Source: a bacterium
GTDB taxonomy: Bacteria; Desulfobacterota_D; UBA1144
Assembly: GCA_002708105.2 (NCBI GenBank)
Contig: PAOQ02000006.1
Coordinates: 1-57,407, forward strand
DNA length: 57,407 nucleotides
Reading direction: 5' to 3'
A program made the position numbers and the translations under genes. Below the pieces are notes generated by a model. It did no database searches. It was not told the DNA's origin and was given only the letters and a program-made list of their open reading frames with translations. Positions 50,929-57,407 of this stretch are shown here, piece after piece. The stretch's first letter is position 1. Each line of letters opens with the position of its first letter.

Positions 50929-51492
50929 ATGGTTAATAGCTTTTTTTATAACACTTTAGATGTTTTTTTTAACATTCTCCATATAATTATAATACTTATT
51001 AATTGTTTTGGCTGGGCGTTCAAAAAAACTCTGATGCTTAACCTTATTCTCTTATTAACAACAATGTTAAGTTGGACCATTTTGGGAGTCTTTTTTGGAT
51101 TAGGCTTTTGCTTTCTAACAAACCTTCATTTTGCTCTACTAGGTGAACTCAAACCTACAAATATTCCTTTTTCATATTTAGACTATTTGTTAATTGAAAA
51201 TTTTAATTTAAAAGTCAGTAGCCAAACAATATCACTATTAAGCATTTTAGTGGTCTTCGGCTCTCTTGGAATTTCAATTAAGAAAAATTTTTGTTTAATT
51301 AACAATTACCTTCTGGCACTATTAATTTTCTGCTGTATAAACTGGATATTAATAATTTATAAAAATGGAATAGGTTTTATACCTAGTATTGACCAACCTT
51401 ATATTGCTCTATCTTTATTCGCTACAATAATTTTAATAATTGAAATTATATTAAATTTATTTGGAAAAAAATTTCTAAAAATGATTACCTGA
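50929..51492 (+). CDS. Hypothetical polytopic membrane protein (N-terminal half DUF2784-like, tentative)
   Basis: 187 aa with 4-5 hydrophobic helices. The pattern LHIIIILINCFGW...SWTILGVFFGLGFCFLTNLH resembles DUF2784 as I remember it. No functional motif. Confidence 0.5.
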   Translation: MVNSFFYNTLDVFFNILHIIIILINCFGWAFKKTLMLNLILLLTTMLSWTILGVFFGLGFCFLTNLHFALLGELKPTNIPFSYLDYLLIENFNLKVSSQTISLLSILVVFGSLGISIKKNFCLINNYLLALLIFCCINWILIIYKNGIGFIPSIDQPYIALSLFATIILIIEIILNLFGKKFLKMIT

Positions 51493-51513
51493 TATACTAT
51501 AGATAATAAGATA

Positions 51514-52884
51514 ATGGATATAATAACAAGATTTGCACCAAGCCCAACGGGCTCACTTCACTTAGGAGCAGTAAGAACTGCTATATTTAATTATTTATTT
51601 ACAAGAAAGAATAAAGGGAAATTTATTTTACGAATTGAAGATACTGACCAAGAGAGATCAAGTTTAGATTCATTAAATCAGATACTAGATTCACTTAGGT
51701 GGTTAGGAATTGATTTTGATGAGGGACCTTACATTCAATCTGAGAGGTTAGAAAATTATAGAGCTATTGCAGAAGAGTTTGTGAAGAAAGGTCTTGCCTA
51801 TAGATGCTATATGACAAGCGAAGAAATACAGCAATTAAAAGAATCCGCACAAAAAGAAAATAAAGTATACAAATACCCACGAACCTGGAGAGATAGGACA
51901 GATAATCCTCCAGGGCTAGATTATGTAATCAGATTCAAGACACCAGACAATAAAGATATTAAATTTTATGATACTTTAAGAGGTAACATTAATATAAACT
52001 CAGATGTGTTAGATGATTTTATAATTCTTAAGAGTGATGGATATCCCACATATAATTTTTCTACAGCAATAGATGATTCAGAAATGAATATTAGCAACAT
52101 TATAAGAGGAGAGGACCACCTTTCTAATACATCAAAACAAATACTGATTTTTAATTCTTTAGATAAAACACCTCCAACCTTTACACATGTTTCAATGATC
52201 CTTGGTAAGGACAAAAGTAAGTTAAGTAAAAGAAATGGTTCTAAATCAATCGAGGATTTTAAAAAAGAGGGAGTTCTTCCAATTTCTATTATTAATTATC
52301 TTGCAAGATTGGGCTGGTCACATGGAGATCAAGAAATTTTTACATTAGATGAAATGATTGAATTATTTAATCTCGATAATTTAACTAAATCCCCAGCGAT
52401 TTACGATGAAAGTAAGCTTAGTTGGGTGAATTCTTCACACATAAAAAATATAGAAAATAAAGAGTTAATAAAAATATTGGAGATGGATTTTTTTCATGGG
52501 ATAGATGTCAACCAAGCTTTAAACGCAGCAAAAGAAAAAGCGAAAGATTTATTGGCACTCAAAGAATCATTAAAATTTTGTAAAAGTGAAGAGGTATCAT
52601 TAGATAATGAAATGCTGGAGAGTATATCAACAAAAGAAGTTAGGGAAACTATTAATGATTTTTATGTTGAATCTCTAAAACTTGACTCTTTTGAAAAGGT
52701 TGAGGATATAAAACATCTAATGAATAGTTTTTTAGATAAAAAAAATTTAAAAATGAAACAAGTTGCTTTACCCCTAAGGATTATTCTAACTGGCTCTAAA
52801 GTCTCACCTGGAATTTATGAAATAATTTCAATTATTGGAAAAGAAATATTTAATAGAAGAATTAAAAAATATCTTGAACTATGA
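51514..52884 (+). CDS. gltX: Glutamyl-tRNA synthetase
   Basis: RFAPSPTGSLHLGAVRTAIFNY (HIGH region) and KLSKRNG (KMSKS). 456 aa. Confidence 0.95.
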   Translation: MDIITRFAPSPTGSLHLGAVRTAIFNYLFTRKNKGKFILRIEDTDQERSSLDSLNQILDSLRWLGIDFDEGPYIQSERLENYRAIAEEFVKKGLAYRCYMTSEEIQQLKESAQKENKVYKYPRTWRDRTDNPPGLDYVIRFKTPDNKDIKFYDTLRGNININSDVLDDFIILKSDGYPTYNFSTAIDDSEMNISNIIRGEDHLSNTSKQILIFNSLDKTPPTFTHVSMILGKDKSKLSKRNGSKSIEDFKKEGVLPISIINYLARLGWSHGDQEIFTLDEMIELFNLDNLTKSPAIYDESKLSWVNSSHIKNIENKELIKILEMDFFHGIDVNQALNAAKEKAKDLLALKESLKFCKSEEVSLDNEMLESISTKEVRETINDFYVESLKLDSFEKVEDIKHLMNSFLDKKNLKMKQVALPLRIILTGSKVSPGIYEIISIIGKEIFNRRIKKYLEL

Positions 52885-53492
52885 AAAAATATAATTTAAC
52901 AACTCTTGGAATAGCAGGAATGATGGGATCAGGAAAGTCTACTGCTTTAGAATTTTTTAAAAAGAAAGGGTTTGCAACCTACGATCTAGACATAGAGGCA
53001 AAAAAATTATTAAAAAAGGATACGGTTATTTACAAAAAGATTATAAAAGTATTTGGTGAGAGAATTCTCAATAAAAATAAAGCAATAAATAAAAAAAAAC
53101 TCAGAGGTATCGTTTTTAATAATGAAGAATATAGAGAAACATTAAACTCTATTGTTCATCCCGAATTAGGCAATATAGTTTCTAAGATTTGCAATAAACA
53201 CAAAAAAAGGGGAACAAAAATTATTATCTTTGAAGGAGCATTAATTTCTAAGAAATCCAAAATAGGATCGTCTCTTAATTATATTCTCTATATTCAAGCA
53301 CCAAAAACGATTTTAGCAGAAAGAATCAGCAAAAGGGACAAAATTGATAGAAAACAAATAAAAAAACTTCTTTTAATGCAAAAACATATTGAAAAGAATG
53401 AAAAAAATGCAGATTTTATTATAGTAAACAAGACTAATAAAAAAGAATTTAAATTACAATTAAATTTCTTACTGGATAAATTGTCCCATTAG
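52881..53492 (+). CDS. coaE: Dephospho-CoA kinase
   Basis: P-loop GIAGMMGSGKST at the N-terminus. 203 aa, with a 4-nt overlap with gltX. Confidence 0.88.
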   Translation: MKKYNLTTLGIAGMMGSGKSTALEFFKKKGFATYDLDIEAKKLLKKDTVIYKKIIKVFGERILNKNKAINKKKLRGIVFNNEEYRETLNSIVHPELGNIVSKICNKHKKRGTKIIIFEGALISKKSKIGSSLNYILYIQAPKTILAERISKRDKIDRKQIKKLLLMQKHIEKNEKNADFIIVNKTNKKEFKLQLNFLLDKLSH

Positions 53493-53587
53493 ATTATATT
53501 TTATTACTTAATATTAAGTTTTTTTATTAATAAAATTTGAAATATTTTATAGTAAGTTTTTAGCAATATTATTTCGTGAGGTTTTAA

Positions 53588-55150
53588 ATGAGTGATGATC
53601 AAACGATGGACCAAAAGATAAAATTCTTAGAAGACAAAATAAAAAGAGCTGATGAAGCTGGTGGAAAAGAAAGGGTCGATAAACAACATGACCGTGGAAA
53701 ACTAACAGCCAGAGAAAGAATAGAATTTATTCTTGATAATGATTCCTTTGTTGAGCTTGATAAATTTGTCGAGCATCAAAACTATAATTTTGGAATGGAA
53801 AAAACAAAATTCTTGGGTGACGGAGTTATAACAGGATATGGAAAGATAGATGGAAGACAAGTTTTTGTATATGCTCAAGACTTTACAATATTTGGTGGAG
53901 CATTAGGACTGGCGCATGCAAGGAAAATCACAAAGATTATGGATATGGCTGTTCAAGTTGGTTGCCCAGTAATTGGGTTAAGCGACTCAGGCGGTGCAAG
54001 GATACAAGAAGGTGTTCGTGGTTTGGCAGGATATGCTGAAATATTTTTAAGGAATGTTCAAGCCTCTGGTGTAATTCCTCAACTCTCAGCCATTATGGGT
54101 CCAAGTGCTGGAGGAGCTGTGTATTCTCCTGCTATGACTGATTTCATAGCCATGGTTAAAAATACCAGCTACATGTTTATCACAGGACCTGATGTAGTAA
54201 AATCAGTTACGAACGAAGAAGTAACACAAGAAGAATTAGGTGGAGCAGAAATGCATTCAAGCCAAAGTGGTGTTGCACAATTTGCGGCTGAAAATGACGA
54301 AGACTGTCTCCAGCTATTAAGAGAATTGTTTACTTTCTTACCACTAAATAATATGGAAGACCCTCCTGTTCTTAAATCAGATGATCCTATAGACAGAAAA
54401 ACGGACAAACTAAGAGATATTGTTCCAACTAATCCTAACAAACCCTATGATATGAAAGAAGTTATTAGCTCAATAGTTGATAATGAATATTTCTTTGAAG
54501 TTGCTGAGAACTATGCTCCTAATATTGTAGTAGGGTTTGCCCGATTAAACGGGAAGACTGTAGGAGTTGTTGGAAATCAGCCTAATGTATTAGCAGGTGT
54601 TCTAGACATTAAATCCTCTATAAAAGGTGCAAGATTCGTTAGATTTTGTGATTGCTTTAATATTCCTCTTTTAACTTTAGTTGATGTTCCTGGCTTCTTA
54701 CCTGGAGTCGATCAAGAATTAAATGGAATTATACTTCACGGTGCAAAACTCCTTTACGCTTACTGTGAGGCAACAGTACCAAGGGTTACAGTAATTACAA
54801 GAAAAGCATATGGTGGAGCATATGATGTTATGTCGTCCAAACATTTAAGAGGTGATATTAACTTAGCTTTCCCAACGGCTGAAATTGCTGTTATGGGGCC
54901 AGACGGTGCTGTTAATATTGTAAATCGTAAAGAAATACAAAATGCAAAAGATCCAGTGGCGGAAAAAGCAAAATTAGTAGAAGAATATAAAGAATTATTT
55001 GCTAATCCCTATAGAGCTGCAAACTTAGGTTATATTGACGAAGTATTAAAACCTGAAGATACAAGAATACGGGTAATTAGATCATTTGAAATGTTAGAAG
55101 GCAAAAGACAAAATAATCCACCAAAAAAACATGGGCTGATTCCATTATAG
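53588..55150 (+). CDS. Acyl-CoA carboxylase carboxyltransferase (beta) subunit, propionyl-CoA carboxylase/methylmalonyl-CoA carboxyltransferase type
   Basis: 520 aa with two crotonase-like halves. Conserved blocks [31 protein letters not shown] and [11 protein letters not shown]. Confidence 0.92.
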   Translation: MSDDQTMDQKIKFLEDKIKRADEAGGKERVDKQHDRGKLTARERIEFILDNDSFVELDKFVEHQNYNFGMEKTKFLGDGVITGYGKIDGRQVFVYAQDFTIFGGALGLAHARKITKIMDMAVQVGCPVIGLSDSGGARIQEGVRGLAGYAEIFLRNVQASGVIPQLSAIMGPSAGGAVYSPAMTDFIAMVKNTSYMFITGPDVVKSVTNEEVTQEELGGAEMHSSQSGVAQFAAENDEDCLQLLRELFTFLPLNNMEDPPVLKSDDPIDRKTDKLRDIVPTNPNKPYDMKEVISSIVDNEYFFEVAENYAPNIVVGFARLNGKTVGVVGNQPNVLAGVLDIKSSIKGARFVRFCDCFNIPLLTLVDVPGFLPGVDQELNGIILHGAKLLYAYCEATVPRVTVITRKAYGGAYDVMSSKHLRGDINLAFPTAEIAVMGPDGAVNIVNRKEIQNAKDPVAEKAKLVEEYKELFANPYRAANLGYIDEVLKPEDTRIRVIRSFEMLEGKRQNNPPKKHGLIPL

Positions 55151-55172
55151 GATTTCTTTGGAGATTTAATTT

Positions 55173-56669
55173 ATGTATAAAAAAATCTTAATTGCTAATC
55201 GTGGTGAAATTGCTGTAAGAGTAATCAGAGCTGCAAAAGAGCTTGGAATAAAAACAGTAGCAGTATATTCTGATGCCGATAAAAACTCTTTACATGTTAA
55301 TTTAGCTGATCAAGCATTCAATATTGGGAAACCGTTGCCTAACGAAAGTTATTTAGTTGGCAAAAGAATAATTTCGGTTGCAAAAAAAGCTAAGTGTGAT
55401 GGAATACATCCTGGATATGGTTTTTTATCTGAAAATGCTGAGTTTGCTGAAGAATGTATTAAAAATAAAATTGATTTTATAGGACCTAGTGCAGATGCAA
55501 TAAGATTAATGGGTGACAAAATAACTTCTCGTGAAATCGCAAAAACTGCAAAAGTACCCTTAGTTCCAGGAACAGAGGGCGAAGTAGATGATGATGAAGC
55601 ACTTGGAATTGCAAAGAAGATTGGTTTTCCATTAATGATTAAAGCATCAGCCGGTGGTGGCGGTAAAGGAATGAGGCTTGTTCATGAAGAGTCCGAATTT
55701 GAAAATTCATTGAAAATGGCAAAAAGTGAAGCTAAAAACGCATTTAATAATGATGCTGTATTTATAGAGAGATTTATACAAGAACCACGGCATATTGAAA
55801 TTCAAGTACTCGGTGATAAAGAAGGAAACGTTGTTCACTTATTTGAAAGAGAGTGCTCAATTCAAAGAAGACATCAAAAAGTTGTCGAAGAAGCACCATC
55901 TCCAGGAGTTAGCGAAAAAACGAGAAAAAAGATGGGTGAAATTGCAGTAAAGCTTGCAAAAAAAGTTTCATACACTGGAGCTGGAACAGTGGAATTTATA
56001 ATGGACCAAAAAGAGAATTTCTATTTCCTAGAAATGAACACAAGAGTTCAAGTCGAGCACCCTATAACTGAAATGATTACTGGAATTGATATAGTGAAAG
56101 AAATGATTAAGGTTTCTTTTGGTCATAAATTAAGTTTCAAACAAAAAGACATACAAAGAAAAGGTCATGCTATAGAATGTAGAGTTTGCGCCGAGGATCC
56201 TGATAATAATTTTCTTCCTACTCCTGGTACAATTTTTTATGTTAAATCTCCTCAGGGACCTGGAGTTAGAGATGATTCGTCATTATTCAATGGCTATGAA
56301 GTTACAACCTTCTATGATCCAATGTTATCTAAATTAATTGTTTGGGCAGAAGATCGAGATAGTGCAATCAAGAGAATGTCCAGAGCATTGTCTGAATATA
56401 TTGTTTTAGGGGTAAGAACCAATTTAGGTTTTCTTGTAAGACTGATGGATGATAAAGATTTTATATCAGGAAAGCTTGATACAGGATTTATTGAAAAACA
56501 TAAAAAACTCTTAAAGATCCCAAAAGAGAACTCTAACATTGCCCTTATAGCCTCGGCAATAATGTTACACTCAGGGATTGGTGTTGAGAACTTAGAAAGA
56601 GATCCAAGATTTACTCCTTGGAAATATATTGCGAGGAGATCAAGTGTTTCTAGAAATTCTATGTTCTAG
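55173..56669 (+). CDS. accC: Biotin carboxylase subunit (BC domain plus ~50-aa C-terminal extension)
   Basis: KILIANRGEIAVR, ATP-grasp GGGGKGMR, EMNTRVQVEHPITE. 498 aa, about 50 aa longer than a stand-alone AccC. Confidence 0.93.
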   Translation: MYKKILIANRGEIAVRVIRAAKELGIKTVAVYSDADKNSLHVNLADQAFNIGKPLPNESYLVGKRIISVAKKAKCDGIHPGYGFLSENAEFAEECIKNKIDFIGPSADAIRLMGDKITSREIAKTAKVPLVPGTEGEVDDDEALGIAKKIGFPLMIKASAGGGGKGMRLVHEESEFENSLKMAKSEAKNAFNNDAVFIERFIQEPRHIEIQVLGDKEGNVVHLFERECSIQRRHQKVVEEAPSPGVSEKTRKKMGEIAVKLAKKVSYTGAGTVEFIMDQKENFYFLEMNTRVQVEHPITEMITGIDIVKEMIKVSFGHKLSFKQKDIQRKGHAIECRVCAEDPDNNFLPTPGTIFYVKSPQGPGVRDDSSLFNGYEVTTFYDPMLSKLIVWAEDRDSAIKRMSRALSEYIVLGVRTNLGFLVRLMDDKDFISGKLDTGFIEKHKKLLKIPKENSNIALIASAIMLHSGIGVENLERDPRFTPWKYIARRSSVSRNSMF

Positions 56670-56682
56670 TTAAAATAATAAA

Positions 56683-57183
56683 ATGAAATATAGCTTAAAA
56701 ATTAACAAAAAAATTATTCCCTTCGAACTTACAGATAAAGATAACAATCTTGAAGTAATAATTGATGAAAAGAAATACTCTGTTGAGTTAGTAAGAATTG
56801 ATTCAAATCTTTACTCGCTTATATGTGATGGTTCTACTTATACAATTGCAATACAAAAACAGGGAAAAGAAATAAGTTTATTCTTTAAAGGAGATTTGTT
56901 TACTTATGAAATTCCCTCGCAGCGTGACAAAGGTGGCAGTGAGAATACCTCTGGAATAGATAAAATTTCAGCACCTATGCCTGGCAGAGTAGTAAAACTT
57001 CTAAAATCAGTTGGTGATATAGTTACAGAAGGGGACGGGGTTGTAGTCGTTGAGGCAATGAAAATGGAAAGCGAGCTTAAAACCACTATCGATGGAAAAA
57101 TAACCGAAATAAGTGTTAAAGAGGGAGATACTCTTGATTTAGGGGCTCACATACTAACTGTTGAATCTCAAGATAAAAAATAA
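56683..57183 (+). CDS. Biotin carboxyl carrier protein with a ~90-aa N-terminal beta-rich extension
   Basis: C-terminal biotinyl domain with VVEAMKMES (biotin-lysine motif). 166 aa, immediately downstream of the BC gene. Confidence 0.9.
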   Translation: MKYSLKINKKIIPFELTDKDNNLEVIIDEKKYSVELVRIDSNLYSLICDGSTYTIAIQKQGKEISLFFKGDLFTYEIPSQRDKGGSENTSGIDKISAPMPGRVVKLLKSVGDIVTEGDGVVVVEAMKMESELKTTIDGKITEISVKEGDTLDLGAHILTVESQDKK

Positions 57184-57198
57184 TACTATTAACTTATA

Positions 57199-57407
57199 TT
57201 GAGAAATTTCCTAATAATCATACTACTAAACCTCTTATTTATTAATATTTCATACTCGTCTCCTGTAAGAATAAATATTGGCAGTGAGCCTGGAACACTT
57301 GACTGGAATCTTGCAACAGATAGTTCGTCTTTTCAAATTATTAATAACATTATGGGAGGATTAACTAAATTTAATGAAAATCTTAAGCTTGAGCCCAATC
57401 TTGCAGA
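57199..57407 (+). CDS. ABC transporter substrate-binding protein, family 5 (peptide/nickel type), 5' part only
   Basis: The frame is open from an in-frame TAA at 57190 to the window end. Translation from TTG 57199 is LRNFLIIILLNLLFINISYSSPVRINIGSEPGTLDWNLATDSSSFQIINNIMGGLTKFNENLKLEPNLA: a signal peptide plus the typical SBP_bac_5 N-terminal block. This ORF is not in the ORF track because it is open-ended. Confidence 0.65.
   Translation, partial: MRNFLIIILLNLLFINISYSSPVRINIGSEPGTLDWNLATDSSSFQIINNIMGGLTKFNENLKLEPNLA

Overview
This is a 57.4-kb, visibly very AT-rich and extremely gene-dense bacterial chromosomal segment. It holds about 58 protein-coding genes, many separated by 0-30 bp or overlapping.

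I saw no rRNA, tRNA, CRISPR array, transposase, integrase or phage gene.

The content is almost entirely core housekeeping:
- Rrf2 regulator plus sufBCD
- rplM-rpsI
- a stand-alone inositol-phosphate synthase
- F1Fo genes atpF'-F-H-A-G-D-C behind a cation/proton antiporter
- a ClC channel
- purB
- yacL-ispD-ispF
- agmatinase
- Mn-type SOD
- ilvD
- coaBC
- hup
- an RND efflux pair
- pyrE
- class Ia nrdAB with tandem NrdR-like boxes
- argH
- queF
- hisBH
- two CNNM/CorC-type genes
- thiL
- gltX
- coaE
- a three-gene biotin-dependent acyl-CoA carboxylase

The lineage cannot be named from sequence alone. It looks like a streamlined free-living bacterium.

I did not find a convincing novel multi-gene system: there is no defence-island, toxin-antitoxin, secretion or mobile-element signature.

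What deserves a second look are local anomalies:
- Two genes have conserved N-termini that extend upstream of any ATG/GTG/TTG start, implying ATT/ATA initiation coupled to the upstream stop codon.
- A DsbA-like lipoprotein gene is broken at an A9 run.
- A histone H1-like Lys/Ala-rich gene carries a perfect 48-bp tandem duplication.
- A carboxylase alpha subunit is split inside its BT domain.
- A domain-truncated ATP synthase epsilon sits in an atp locus led by an antiporter and lacking atpB/atpE.
- A double ATP-cone NrdA lies behind a promoter embedded in NrdR boxes.
- An orphan 437-aa nitroreductase-like protein has no assignable function.

The ORF track treats TTG as a start, and several listed starts were adjusted.
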